Of a stretch of 64,000 bases of DNA, positions 1 to 13,990 are shown piece by piece (within the stretch, counting starts at the first letter, position 1; each line of letters opens with the position of its first letter). Under the pieces are notes generated by a model that was not told where the DNA came from, did not search any database, and was given only the letters and a program-made list of their open reading frames with translations. This stretch comes from Azolla caroliniana (lineage: Eukaryota > Plantae > Polypodiophyta). Location: positions 19,282,001 to 19,346,000 of the forward strand of contig JBHGNT010000015.1 of NCBI GenBank assembly GCA_043228905.1, in the 5' to 3' direction. Position numbers and translations under genes: made by a program.

Positions 1-550
1 CTAGAGCTAAAACAACACAGAGAGAATAAGTTACAAAATGTTGACAATAATGTTGCTAATGTTCACCAACATGTAACAAATGATGTTTTTCAGGAACAAG
101 GGGAGCCAACAAATGTCGACACACTTGCACCACTCGGCCTTTCCCTTGACGAGGCAAAAAACCAAAGAAGAACCAGACATCCTCGGGTGCCGGGTTTCAA
201 AGCAACTTGACATGGTGTGGAAGCAATAATGAAAATAAGGGAATGTGAGCTACACCGCCTAGAAGCCATGGCTAGGGCACTCTCTACATTGGAACCACGG
301 GTCACACCCACATCAAAACCCTTTGACCCCCCACTTCTTTTCGAGAGGCTTGGGTGGAAATAAAATTAGGATTAGTGTAAAGTCACTTCCTTTATCGAGT
401 ATACCACGTATTGTACACTACTAGAACTCTTTTAGCTTAAGTTCTATGTTTACTTTATTTTATTTTAGTTATGATGACTGGATAAATACTCATTTTGTTA
501 TAAACCAATTGTCTCATGGGCCAAATTTGGCCTTAGAAGACGTTAATATT

Positions 551-589
<39 letters not shown>

Positions 590-590
590 C
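1..590 (+). mobile_element. 3' end of RTE-like LINE relic with (TTTC)n tail
   Basis: Ends in 'ggccaaatttggccttagaagacgttaatatt(tctt)n'. The same terminal motif occurs inverted at ~1545-1610 and ~10385-10440. Confidence 0.6.
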
Positions 591-1149
591 TAGAATTTGC
601 AACTCTTTAAATACCTCTCTCTAGAATCTACAACGCTTTAAATGCCTTCTCTCTCTTCAACTTTTCCAAGATATTCCCTCTTATTCCTAGATTATTGTAC
701 CTGTTTGGTAGTACGACAATCACTTCACTACCAAACAATCATTTCACTCACGCTTCCCAATTTTGTGTAAATAGGCTATACCAGCCTCGTTTGTAAAGAC
801 TTTATTTTTTGCTGCTACTTGCAAACAAGCTCTACTTTTTAGCTGTGTCTCTACTATTTGCAACCATTTTTTGCTACTGCCGTCTAACAGCCTTCTCACA
901 GCTTGGTTTTGTCTATTTCGTTCTAACAACTATTCCGCTGGTGCTATTAACAGCTTTTCTCACAACAGTCCCCACCCATGTAAGAGTCGCAGAAGACTTC
1001 CAGAAACCGGCAACAAACTGAGGACCAAGGTCACTGACAATGGTATTGAGAAGCTATAAGTTGGCCTACTTCTGAAGACAGAAGATCACTTGTAGCTTCA
1101 CTGAACTAGGTGTAGCAAGGAAAGAAATGTGCCACAATCATGAACAAAC

Positions 1150-1330
1150 ATAGCATCACGAAGATCAATCTTAGTGAACTATAATGTGCCTTGAAACCGT
1201 TCAAGCAATTCCCAATTAAATGAAGAGAATATTGGGTACACAATGATCTTATTTGGCCCCAATAATCCACAATGAGGTGTAGAGAACCATCCTACTTGAT
1301 TACGAAGAAGGATAAGGACTCCCATAGTTG
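1150..1330 (-). mobile_element. Degenerate Ty3/Gypsy reverse-transcriptase relic
   Basis: Minus strand reads DGSLHLIVDYWG...FTKIDLRDA with frameshifts and stops, resembling Gypsy RT motifs DGSLRLCVDYR and FTKIDLR. Confidence 0.55.
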
Positions 1331-1544
1331 ACTAAGAATGTCAAATAAACCTGTGAAGTCAATTTTTGTTCATAAGAAAAGACTGTGGCAAATATGTTGG
1401 ATGCTAAGATGTCTAAGAATAAAGTGCGATATGAAAGGATTAAGTATTAAAGGAGGACGGAACTTGAAGGGATATAAAGTTAGAGGCGTTTTTCAAAAGT
1501 AAAAAATGCAGAAAAAAGCAAGGCGTGGATATTAAGATTTAGGT

Positions 1545-2980
1545 AGAAAGAAAGAAAGAAGAAAGATATATTAACGTCTTTTAAGAGGCCAAAATGGCCT
1601 ATAAGACCAAATAACAGATTACATCTTAAGTGTTGTCTCGTCTTTGAGAACAAATCAAAATAAATAAATAGTACACAGTAAATATAAAAGTAAATAAGAT
1701 GAAAAGAAAAGAAACGAGGGAATCTGGTTTTTGGCACATGTGAGATTCTCAAGTTAGGTATATTGTAGCTTTTGTCTTCAAAAGATCTCTAGCATAAGTC
1801 GATCCAAAATGGAAATGTCTTCGAAGCGAGGGAAGCACCTATGATGGCGGGAGATAATGGCTTTTATCTGTCGATGACAAGGGTGTTGAGGTCGTGGTCC
1901 ATGGGGCCGGGGCCTACGTGCACGAAAAATTGCTATTGCCCGATCAATTGTAACCCCTTTGTTATGTCCTGGTCTAGAGCCCATTTGTGTATCCCGTGAT
2001 GGACTTGTCGCATTAGTAGGAGTGATGGGACTAAAGAAAGTTGTGATTGTTCTTTGTGGATGAGCTTGTGTGGCTGTATTCTTCAACAACTTTTCCCGAT
2101 GTCTCTTGAGCTCTAGCAAGAAAAGTCCTAGGCATCGTTGGTCCTCATATTCCATTACCTTGCATAGTGGGCCAAAGCCTTGTTTAAAGAGGCAATGGTA
2201 TCTCCCTCTGATTTCATAAAAGACACTAAAATGACAAACATAGTGTTCCTCAAATTTCACTCCTTGATGACACAATTGGCAAATTCTCTCTTCTAGAGGT
2301 AGTCGTGTATATCTGCCTAAGTCAATCTGTAGCTAATGTGATGAAGTTCTTAGCTGCCCTATCACACTACGCAACACATAGGATAGATGTATGTCCATAT
2401 AAGGTGGCCTGATGACGAATCCATCCTCCGATGTATGTAAGAAGTGTGTCTTATAGTGGGCCATCTTTGTACCAAGTGGTATTTTGGGGCTTATCCATGT
2501 TATCTTGTTTTCCACGTTAATAATATCAATTTGGATCACTCTGTTCTTTTCCACTTTGGTCATATTTAGATGGGGACAGCCCAAGCTATATTGGAACGGG
2601 GGTAGTGCAGTTATACTCATGCCATGTGACTCGAACCATTGCTGCATTTCAACATACCAACAATGAGTGTCTCCATTTTTAACCAGTTGTCTTGATGACA
2701 TAAGTGCCAACCTTAGGTACCTTCGTTTGGGGAGCTCCCAAAGACGTTGGATAAATGTCACTGATCAAAACAATGCCTCGGTTATTATAGGTGCTGCTCC
2801 CACCTTTGCCCGGATTATATTGTGGGGCACCAATGCTTTGCTCCTTATCATGCGAGCAATCATTGACACTAAAGGTCTCTCTAAATCTTTCGAATGATTT
2901 GCCTTGTTAAGACTCGGTCCCCATGTTTCTACTCCATAGAGAAGAGTTGGAGTGACAAGTGTATCAAATAACCATAGCTC
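1545..2980 (-). mobile_element. 5'-truncated RTE-like LINE (RT C-terminus, Cys/His knuckle, TTTC tail)
   Basis: FDTLVTPTLLYGVETWGP-type motif near 2970-2915; ORFs 2333-2761 (QLRTSSH) and 1778-2275 (CHQGVKFEEHYVCH); tail at ~1545-1565. Confidence 0.75.
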
Positions 2981-2989
2981 ATAACTTCT

Positions 2990-4760
2990 TCATTCGATAT
3001 CCAAATTTCAAAAGAAAAGATTCATAAAACAACTGACGAGAGCTTTCCAAAAATATCTTGTATGACAAATTTGGGATTACAAAGGAGAAATAGTGATATA
3101 AAAAAAATGCCTCACATAGACTTGGGTATATTTTTTTTAAAAGCAAGAATAACACAACCAGAAACCTATAAATAGGAGGGTATTCTTAGCCAAAAGGGGG
3201 GAGGGAGGGAGAATAGAAGGTCCACAAGAAGTGAGAAGAGTCTTGGTAGAAGGAGGGAAGAGGGGAAGTCTATTTTTTGGTTTAGAGTCATAGAAAGAAA
3301 AAAAAGTCTATGTAGTTGAGTTTTTAGTTGGAGTCTAAGAAGATTGTATTGTTCTCCTGATGGTATAATATAACATTCCTGTCTCCTCCTCATCTCTTCT
3401 CTATCATTTTTCTATCTCTCTTCATCATTTTGGCGCTCCAGGGAGGGCAGATTTTGTCTATATCATTGGAAGGTCCTGTTTTTAGCCAATATGGCTTTTC
3501 AGTTTGCTTTTGCAGGTGATGGCATACAAGATGCGGGAGCTTTTTTAGCTGCTTTTGACCATCATGCAATATCAATAGGGAAGATGACAGATATCGAGAA
3601 AATTCCTCTATTGGTGGCCACTTTCTATGGAAGAGCAAGGGATTGGTATGACTCCTCGCTACCAAACCAACAAGTGGATTACCAACTATTGGTGAAACAA
3701 TTTATATATTCGATGCCGAAATGTGATGGAAGTGAAAGAGGAACTCTTTCGTTTATGAATGTCATCAACAATGGAGTATACCGATTATGAGAGGGAATTT
3801 ATTAACGGAGGAATGGTTTAAGATGGACTGCTTCAAAGCGGGATTAAGTCCACACTTTGCATTGAAGGCGAATCTAAAGGATCCTACAACTTTCCAAGCG
3901 CTTGTCCAAACTTGTCAAGCCTACAATAGACAAATCCAAGTTCTAGAGAGAGATCGGATTCAACAGTTGCAATATTTAAATCTCCAATTCTTCAACAATC
4001 ATCAATTGTGCATAGAGATAAAGTATTACCTAATGTTTTTATGACCACTCTAACAACATATCAACCTAATGGTCCGATGATGCAAGAAGTTACTCAACCT
4101 AAGGTGGAAGGAGGTTTCTCGGAGCAAGTAAATCAACGTCTCGATGAGATTACTCGACAAATCCAAAACATGCAAACAAATTTTAATAGAAGTCAAACTC
4201 GAGATGCTCCAAAAGCAAGGAGAGTGATCGTGTGCTACACATATGGTGTTGAGGGACATACATCTACACAAGGTCCTTCACGACAACAAGGCAATTGGGG
4301 TCAAGGCATGTATAAACTTCAAAGTAATCAAAACAACACTAACAAAACTTTAACCAGCTCAACAACCATGTTGTAGGAGGGGGAAATACTTTAGTGCAAA
4401 TTCCAGCAATTTCTCTAAAGGTAAATCTTCTTGACTTTGTGTATGATATAGTTGAAGATTGTGATGTTGCACACATTAAAACAACTAGTGCATCACATAA
4501 AAATAATGAGTTGCACGGAGAGTCTAGTAACTCTCAACAAAAGAAGAAGGCGAAAGAGACTAATTTTGAGGATAGACCTAAAAAGAAACATTTGCGAATA
4601 AAGATTTAAATTGGAACCATACAATCTTAAGCAACAGTTAATCTCTAGTGGACCACACATTACTTGGCCACAACGTCTTCAACTTTCTCCAACACTAAAA
4701 GAGGATTGGGAACGTGTATCGAGTATACAACAAAGTATAAAGACAGCAAGTTGTTGGACT
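2990..4760 (+). mobile_element. Ty3/Gypsy-type relic (possible LTR remnant plus broken gag)
   Basis: Fragmented ORFs 3491-4609 with retrotransposon-gag motif (GRARDWYDS, FKAGL) and decayed zinc knuckle CYTYGVEGHTS; PBS-like TGGCG at ~3431 after ...CA. Confidence 0.6.
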
Positions 4761-5314
4761 TGTTACAGCAAGGATGTTATGAGTTCCTAACTTGCAGCAG
4801 TAATAGAAATATGGAAAAAGCGTGACTTCGTTAAAGGCAGGCTGAAACTGAGTAAGGAATTCCAGTTCAAACTATAATGAACCTAGACTAGGATTCAACC
4901 AGAATGGTTCAACAAGAATGAGGTGCCTCTATATATAGGTCTTGACTTCTAGACCAAAGGTCAGGATAATACCACTCCAAACGACTGGTCACAATGTATT
5001 AGGTTTTGGAGTGTTCCAGAACCTTCTGGAAACAGCTACATATGTCAAGATGTGAATAGCTCACCTAGGCAAAGTTGTTTGCCTTGTTTACAAAATATGG
5101 GTACCTCACTAGAAAGTTGCAAGTTTAAACCCTGCTTCATGAAACTACATTTTATGTGACGACAATCTTTTTAGATAACCGTATGGTTGTCATGTTATCA
5201 ACTAATCTCTAGAGAAAAACTTGAAAAGAAAATCTCCTTATATATGGCAAACATTTAAATAATATCTATTAATTGCTTAAGATAGTTTTAGAAACATGAT
5301 ATTTATTTCGATAC

Positions 5315-8300
5315 CTTCCAGACAGCTTCAACAGGGTAGTCAGTGTCCAAAGCTGGGTCTACTAAAGATTTGAACTTCTCAGCTGCATCGGTTTCATTTA
5401 AAACATTTTCAAACTGCATATACATAAATAAATATAACTTTGTGTTAATCACAATATTTTAATGAACCATTTCCTTTTCAGCTTATATGATAAATATTTT
5501 ACCAAAGAAACAAGGGGCATGCTTGGTCCAAGGATTGCTTCTTTTCCTGATATAATCTGAAAAAGAATAACTCCAAATGCATACACGTCTAGTTTTACAG
5601 AAACCTGCCCAAACTGCGCAAACCTACAAGAAACATCAATGTGAAATGAAATTAATACTTTGGAAGAAAATTAAAATATGACCTACATTAATTGAGAAGA
5701 TACCACTTTGACACTTTGGTCACACTAGAGCTTGTCATACCATTACTGAATGTACCTGAGAAAAACCCTACCAGTTCTACAAGTCAAGACACCTCAATTT
5801 TTGAGACTAGATTGCTTCCTATTGAGATGGTGGTCAAGAGTAAATGTGCATCCCTGAGATGTGGGAATCCCCTTTACATTGACTTTCTAGAATTTCATAT
5901 GAACCAATAATAATTCAAAACTTATGAAAAGCAAAGTATCAAGGAAAGACATCTCAAAAGTGGTCTAGCAGAGGAAAAAAATGACGATATATGTTGCGCT
6001 TGCTTCAGAATACCTCAATGGAACATAAAACACCACATATGTTGCACCAAACTGAAAAATTATATTTACATGCTCGAAGCTATTTGCTTGTATGTTCCAT
6101 TAACCTTCGCTCTTGTTCTTTTGATATGAGATTCATTCCTCATTAGTGAGGAATCTCATTAATTATGCATATTCATAATGCCTGGGCAAAGTTTGTGAAT
6201 CCTGAGTGCTCATTCTTCAATCACATGAGAACTTGTTTTTCCCAAAGAAATTCAACCATAGTTGATATCACCACTCCCCTTCCTTTCGCTGATACAATGT
6301 TCTCTCAATTGCAATGCTTATTGCTAAATATCTTGAGCATTGAGCTCCTTGTGACATATTTGACCCTACGGTTATCGTTCTACTTGACTGCTCTTTTTTC
6401 AATCACATCAGAGTTTTCTTTTCCCAAATCTCAAGCCATGATCAAGGGAGTAAAATACGAGTGAGTCAAAATGGCTCGAAATGACCCACCACCATTGGTA
6501 AACCTCACAGAACACCACCCTCACAACTTATGAGTACACACTGCCACTAAGAGGGGGGGTTACTACACTAATCTTGTAGGAGAAATGAACAAGAACTTAA
6601 CCAATGAGTCCACAATAAGAATGAATAAAAACTCCACCAGCGAAGCTACTTTTGCCTTTTCAGAAACACTTGTAAGCTTGCACCTTAGACTCGAACACCA
6701 TATAAGAAAATGGGAAAATAATACAGGATGAAGCCATAAAAGAGTGCTACCTACATATGAAGGACAGTGAAAGTATATCTGTCAAATCAAAGCAACAATA
6801 AAAGTGATGTTGGCTGTGACACTTCTAGAGTTTTGATTTGATGGAAGCTCATTATTTTTTATGGCTTCACATCATGATGTATAGTTCCTTGAGAATGTGC
6901 CTCTTATGTATAAAATAACAAAGCACCAAGATTTATTTCAATCCAGACTGATTGACACAAGATTATTCCTATCTTTCACATGATAAGGTAGTATCCTTCC
7001 AAAAAACAAATCCACATTACTCTCTATCAGTTTCACTAAAGTGCTGATCGATTCCACAAAGATTTTCATGTAACTTCCATTAGAACTGAGCGTCAACCAG
7101 TAATTTCATTGAACTGAAATTAAGATCTCCAAGATATGCTAACATAGGATGCGCATGTACCATATTCTAGCTTTAAAGTTTGACGCACCAGAACATATGT
7201 GAAATAGTGAAGGGCATTGAGGCATTGGAAAATGCCAACTAGTTAAGGGTGTTGATTCATGTAACATCAAATATGGTTCATGAATCCAATATAAGTTACA
7301 TTGTTTAACTCATGCTTCATAGACATCTCTAGAAAAAATGAGACAAGAGAGGAAAGAAAAACACTCACTCAGGCGGCATATAGCCAAATGTCCCCTTAAT
7401 CCCTAATGTATTGGTCATACCATCACCATCTGAACGCATAAGCTTTGTGAGACCAAAGTCTCCAACCTGTAATTAAATGTAGGAATATGAGTAAATATTC
7501 AATTGCTCCTTAGTCATTTCTAGCATTTAGTGCTCAATATTTTGAAGGATGCATGATAAATCCAATTTGTGACATGAGTATTTCCATTAGCTTTGCTAGA
7601 AAAGTCAATCAACCTTAGCATGATAATTCTTGTCGAGGAGGATATTGTTTGGCTTTAAATCGCGATGAATGTATGTTGGTCGTGTATAATCATGCATGTA
7701 TTCAACACCCCTTGCAGCATCAAGTGCGATTTGGACACGTATATCCCATGACATTGGATCAGTTCCTAAAAGCCAATCAAGGGAACATTAGATCAAAGTG
7801 AACACAATCATAGAATAAATCTAAAAGCATTCAATATTTGCACATTCTTTCTTACCAGATCGTAGATGTTCAGCTAATGTTCCATTCTCTATATACTCGT
7901 ATACAAGAAACAGAGAAGGTGGTTTCATACAGTATCCAACTAGACCAACCTGTTAGAAAACAAAGTGAGAAATATGATTTAAGTTTGCACGAGCTTTTTT
8001 CAATTTACTAAAACAATGGTGAATTACTTACCAAGTTTGCATGGTGTACAGTGGAAAGAATCCGGAGCTCATTCATAAATTCTTTTGTGTCTCCCTTATC
8101 CATCTTTTTTATTGCTAATTTCTGCAAAGAAGTTCCAATTAGTAGAGCACCTTTACTCACATAGCTTCAGAATATCCTGGGAAGGGTAACAAATAAAGTT
8201 CTTTAAATTGCTACTTATCAATCTAATATTCAGTATAAAACAGTGAGATTAGACGAAAAATAGATCAGAATAAAATGAGAAGAGTCATGTTCCAAAAAAG

Positions 8301-11300
8301 TACAGTTGTAAGTACAATAATGGGATTTAACCACGTCTTCAAGAATAAACACACTGCCATGGCCTAACAACATATAAGATAACCCCAACCCACAATTACA
8401 TTTGACGATCCACAATCATAGCATTCTTATCTTCAAAGGGCTTATCATGTCCCTCTCCAACCCCAAATTCCACAACCATCAAAGTCTTTCCCTACTACCT
8501 CCACCTTCTTCACTTCATACAACATTGAAAAGGCCACCTAGAAACTTCAACATGGACAATCGTCTGACCACCACAGGACTACAAGTTGAACATCTCTTAT
8601 ATGCTGAAAGCACGCTTGCCTCTATCCACACAGAGATGTACGATTCGGCCTTGATTGAGGGCCTTCCCCACACATGGACCATGCACACAATGTAACTCTC
8701 CATAGATCAAGAGACACGCTTCAAGCTGGGGTATATCTAAGTAGGAATACACTACCAAAACATTATGGGGTAATGCTTGAAGCGGAACCTGATACTTTCG
8801 ATATGGCCCTAGCTCAAGAAGGATTCAGGAGAGCCTTCTCTACCACCTACAACGCCGTTATACTACATTGTTTGGTGAACCAAGCAAAGACACAAAAGAC
8901 AAGATTGTATTGATGCTTTGGAAATTCAACAAGGCCTTTGGTACCATACTAAGTGAGGATCTCCAACAAAGACACCATCCCCAATCTTCTTTATACTTAT
9001 GACATAAGCTTGCTCTCTGAATCTCATGCTGGATTACAACATCATCTCAATGCCATAGATGGTTTCTGCAACAAAAGAGCATACTCTAAACCTTGGAAAG
9101 CAGAGGTTGAACAGATACAATCCCGAGGCCAAGTAGGATTTAGGAGAGCCTTCTCTACCACCGACCACGGCCTTGCATTACGCTGATTGGCAGACCAAAA
9201 AAGACACAACTGTATGGATGCGTTGTAGATTTCCACCACGCCTTTGATACAATAACAAGCGAATTATTCCTACAAAAACACCTGCCCACATTCTTTTTTA
9301 TGCTTATAAACTAATCTTTCTCTCTGAATCTTATGTAGGTTACAAAATTATCTCAATGCCTTAGATGGTTTTTGACAAGAAAAAGGTCTTGCCCTAAACC
9401 AAGGAAAGACTCATGCCCTGATCTTCCACACATCCGTGCCAATTCACCAACAAGTTGTCTTCATCCTACTAGGAGGTAGCAATGGGCCCGGTTTCGGCTT
9501 AAACCGAACCGAACCATTAAACCATGGTTTAAAGGTTTATAAGATCCAAAATAATTAAATGGTTTGGTTTGGTTTTAATTAATAATAAACAGTTCGGTTT
9601 CAGTTCAGTTTGGTTTTGAAACTAGGGTTTATAGGTTTATAGGTTTTTGGGCTATCTTTTTTTATCCATTAAATGTTTATGTAATTTAATGGTTTAATTA
9701 ATGTTTTTCATTGGTTTAATTCACTTAACTTAATTGTTTATTTAATCTAATGGCTCAATTAATCTTATTTATTTATTTATTTATTTTAACATAAATGCTT
9801 ATTTAATTTTGTATATTTTTATTTAATTAATTTTTTAATTAGCTTGGCTTAAATGTGGTTAGGTTTAAATTTTTTATTAAATGGTTCGGTTTGGTTTTAA
9901 CTTTTCCCTAAACAGTTTTGGTTTAAATGGTTTAGTTTACCTTTTTTTAAATGGTTTGGTTTAAATGTTCGAATGTTCATAAACGGTTTGGTTTGGTTTT
10001 TGTTTTATATAAAGGGTTTGGTTTGGTTTGGTTTGGTTTCAAGGCACCGAAACAGAACCGGGCCCATTGCTACTAGGAGGGCAAGTTGAAGAAGTGGATT
10101 CCTATGTCTATCTAGGATTGACATTTACAAGCATGACTAGGTGCTTCTCTATGACCCTAGCCACCAAGGATCGATTCACTTGACGGATAAGGATGAGTGG
10201 ATCAGATGAGGGGAGGGGTTGGGATGAGGATGACTAGTTCAGATCAGAGGAAATAGGATGATATGGTAGTGTTTGGACAAGAGGATAAGATCAGTTTGAG
10301 GATTGGGTGGATGGAGGAGAAAATGTTGAATAAGCAAACAAGTAAATTTGGTTTAAGAGATGAACAAAAACGAGATGGCAATGAGAAAGAAAGAAATACA
10401 TATTAATGTTATTAAAGAGGCCAAAATCACCTATGAGACTTAAAAGTACATCTTAAAATGTTGGTTCATCATTGAGAACAGCAAACCAAAATCAATATAG
10501 CTAGATATAACGTAACAAAGAATATCATTAATAGGCACTTAAGATTTGAGCTTAGACACTGAAACTTTTTCCTTCTAACATGGATTGATCCAAGATGGAG
10601 GGGTCTTTGAAGCAAGGGAAGAATCATCAGTGTTGGACTGTACTGATCTTTATTATTTATTGACGATGAAGTTCAAGGGGTCATGGTCCAGATAGATGTG
10701 GCCCACATGTATGACAAATTGCTATTGCCAGACCTACTGTAACCGCTTTGGACTCTTGTAATCAAGACTCCACTTGTGTAGCTCTCGATGGCCTTGAAGC
10801 ATGAGAAGGAGAGATGGAGCTTGAGAAAGTTATGATAGTTCTTTGTTGATTAGCTATTGTGGTTGTATGTATTATTGTCTTTCAACAAATTCTCTCTATA
10901 TGTCTTAAGTTCTAGCAAGGATAACCCAAGGATCGTTGGTCTTCATATTCCATTACCTTGTGTGGTGAGCCCAAGCCTTGTTTGACAACGCAGTAGTACA
11001 ACACTCTTATTTCATAAAAAACAGCATGATGGCAAACATAGTGTTCTTCTGATTCTACTCCCTAATGGCACAATTGACAGATCCATTATTCCATAGATTT
11101 GCATACACATCTACCAATCTCATTTTCTTACTGATGTGAAGAGGTCCTAAGCTGCCCTATCACACTATGGACTGCATGAGATAGATGTGTGTCATTATAG
11201 GAAGGTGTGATGATAAATCCATCATGCAGCGTGTGTAAAAGATTGCCTAATAGTGGACCATCTTCCAACAAAGAGATGTTGTAGACACAATCCACATTCT

Positions 11301-13931
11301 TTCATTATCCAATTAAATAATATCACTTCTGAAAGAGAGATGGATGGATAGACCAAGATTGACAACGTGGTAAAAGAATGAATAAATGCTCTATGGCTGG
11401 CGTTGATATACTTGAGATAAACTGGGGGAGAACTCATATTTTATACATCATAGACATACAACGCATAAACTATCAAAGCAACCTCTCATGATTGTACAAC
11501 TGCACATATGTCAAGACTCCACAATATGACCTTAAAATCTATACAACCTTACAACCCTTCACTACTCTATGGTCATGACACTCTCTTAGCATTGTACGAC
11601 TTCAAGAAGTCTACCCCAAAGATTCAGTTTCAACTACATCCATCAATGGTATTTCAGAGTTTTGGTCATTTCCATATAAATAAGTTGCTTCAGTAATCCA
11701 CAAACCTGTCCATTCCTTTCACCATAGTAAACAGTTGCATATCCACCCCTTCCTATTTCCCTCGCAACGTTGAAGTTATCAGTAACCACAGCGAGGTCAT
11801 CATAGGAAAAGTGCATCGAACGCTCATCTGTTAAATCTCCAAGTTTGCTTGATGATAAATCAAATGAGTCATAGCTGCTGGTATTTTGGGTGGATTCTGA
11901 GAACAGGAAACAAGACAAAAAACATGGATATATATATATATATATATAACATATGAAAATGCAAACATTCTCTTTTGGGAAGAAAACATTTAAGTATACA
12001 CAAGCATCTCACCAGGGTTTTTGATGATCATTAGTTTGCTTTCCTGGCCTTGATCATAACCATTTTTGCTAGATCGTGCATTTCGGTGATAAGCAAAAAT
12101 ACCAAGTCCTAGAATAAACAAAATAAAACAAGCTCCTCCTATCGCAGCTCCAAGAATAATGTTTGGTTTCGACTTATTTCCTGTTGAGGAATATATGATA
12201 TGCTATACATAAAACTTGATATAGAAGAATGCTTATTGGTATCTTTTTTTTCTCAGAAAGCTATTACAAAGGCTCTCACCAGCTGGAGAATCTACACTGA
12301 AAGAGAAATGCGAAGGTATAGCATGAGCCTCTTAATTATGAAATTTCATCAGAAAAGTATGTTTTGTTTATGTATATTGAGAAGAATAGGCGATACCTTG
12401 ATATCGAATAAGGTGGATATTGACCGGTGCTATCTGCCACAGAAAATTGTTAGGACCACACTCGCCAAACAAACATAACTGATTAAGAAGAACTCATGTT
12501 CATAGCCATCCAGACTTGAGCCCATGGTCAGGAAATTTTCTTCGGTATAAGTTACCTATGTCATACACATGCAAACATACATAAACAGGTAAATGCACAC
12601 ACACACACATACATTGAACTTGACTTCATGGGTTTCATACATAAACCTTGTACATTTTGGAAGAATTCAAGAGCTTTTGTAAAGGAAACCTGTTTATGTG
12701 CATATCTAAACCCTAAATGCGTGTGTAATCATTTGTTAAGATTACCATCAATTTGTTGCTTTCATTCCTTTGGCACAAGGTGGATTTCCTTTCTGTTTTT
12801 TGTTTTGGACTGATTGCAGAAGCTTCAATGGTTACAGTTTGAATCAATACTCACAGGTGGGGTTGCCCTAAGGTATCTTTGACTTTATTCCTCTGGGCAA
12901 GAGGGTCTGGTTTTTATGAGTCTATATGATTTAGAATTCACTTTAAGCGTGACAAGTAGACTCATACTATAGATCTTGGTAAAAGTGAGATATTCAGTCA
13001 ATTAATAGACAAACAATCTTTTGGTATACCCATGATGTGAGATTCTCTACAATGTGTTTAGGGTTAGAAAAACGTATGTATGTAGACCAACACATACATA
13101 CATGTCCAAGACACACACACACACACACACACACATAACAAATACATTATTTAAGTGCATACATACAGAGACACATGCATACTAATGTACACATACAGAT
13201 CATCAGTAAGGAGAAGGAAAATACTTACTCTTGGATGGTATGAAGAGAATGGAGTAGGCCTGGAGAGGGTTGAATGACACAGAGGGATTATATCTCTGGA
13301 TCAAGTCTTGTGAGATGTTGAACTCGGTCGTCATCGAAGACAGGTTATCACTGGGCTGAGCAGAGTAAGTACCGAAAAGCCCATACTTGTCCGAAACTGA
13401 AGGATCTCCACAAGAACAATTGATAGGGATTAACAAAATGGTATTTATTTGCAAGTTATCGAAGTTCACATTAGGGTTAGCTGATTGTATCAAAGATGAA
13501 GTGGTGAGGTTTCCATAGAGATTCTTCCCGATCGTATCCAGGACATCATTTTGCTGCACAGAATATGAGAAATTGTGACCTAAGATCGAGGTCCCGAGAT
13601 CGCAACTGCATTTGAATGGGATCTTGATGAGTGTGCCAACAGTGATGTTTGCGACATTGCTGATATTGTTGAGGGTCTGCAATGCGGACCAGGAATCATA
13701 ATTGAATCGAGTGTTGATGTCGAACAGAGTGTCACTCGATCCCATGATGTAGAAGGCCATGGAGTCACAACCCTGTGTGCAAGATGCGCGACAAGGCGAA
13801 GGGAAGAAGCAGGAAGAGGAGAAACAGAGCAGGGAGAGGAGGAGGAATTTGATGGTGCTGCTTTTGTTATTGTGGTTGAGAAGGAAGGCCATGGCTATGG
13901 CTATGGCAGGGAGGAGAGCAAATTTCTTCAT
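5315..13931 (-). CDS. CERK1: LysM-domain receptor-like kinase, CERK1/LYK type (last exon not located)
   Basis: GT-AG exons with consistent phases: 13931-13229 (signal peptide, LysM ectodomain with CSC motifs), 12433-12397, 12296-12280, 12180-12013 ([26 protein letters not shown]), 11896-11706 ([11 protein letters not shown]), 8121-8032 (LAIKKM), 7949-7856, 7765-7614 ([12 protein letters not shown]), 7466-7369 (DFG...GTFGYMPPE), 5623-5503, 5413-5315. The symbol is family-level, not proven orthology. Confidence 0.92.
8400..10190 (+). mobile_element. LINE RT relic in a kinase intron, with ~315-bp internal duplication, split by a MITE
   Basis: [11 protein letters not shown] and [13 protein letters not shown] (RT motif) at ~8815 and ~9130; [13 protein letters not shown]; reading resumes after the MITE as [16 protein letters not shown]. 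Confidence 0.65.
9477..10072. mobile_element. hAT-type MITE (596 bp)
   Basis: 17-bp TIR TAGCAATGGGCCCGGTT; exact 8-bp TSD CTAGGAGG (9469-9476 and 10073-10080); AACCG/GGTTT subterminal repeats; AT-rich core. Confidence 0.93.
10383..11440 (-). mobile_element. RTE-like LINE 3' fragment, related to 1545-2980
   Basis: Colinear similarity to 1545-2600 ([23 protein letters not shown], terminal motif and TTTC tail). Confidence 0.7.
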
Positions 13932-13990
13932 CTCTCTCTCTCTGCTCTGCTCTGCTCTGCTTCCGTCTTTTCTCAGAAGACGACTTTTCC

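Noticed and set aside
12855-12892. Candidate small exon (CAG|...|GTGAG) in LysM-RLK intron 1
   Set aside because: It gives an in-frame TAA after exon 1; the 12433-12397 exon matches the family motif (GQYPP) instead.
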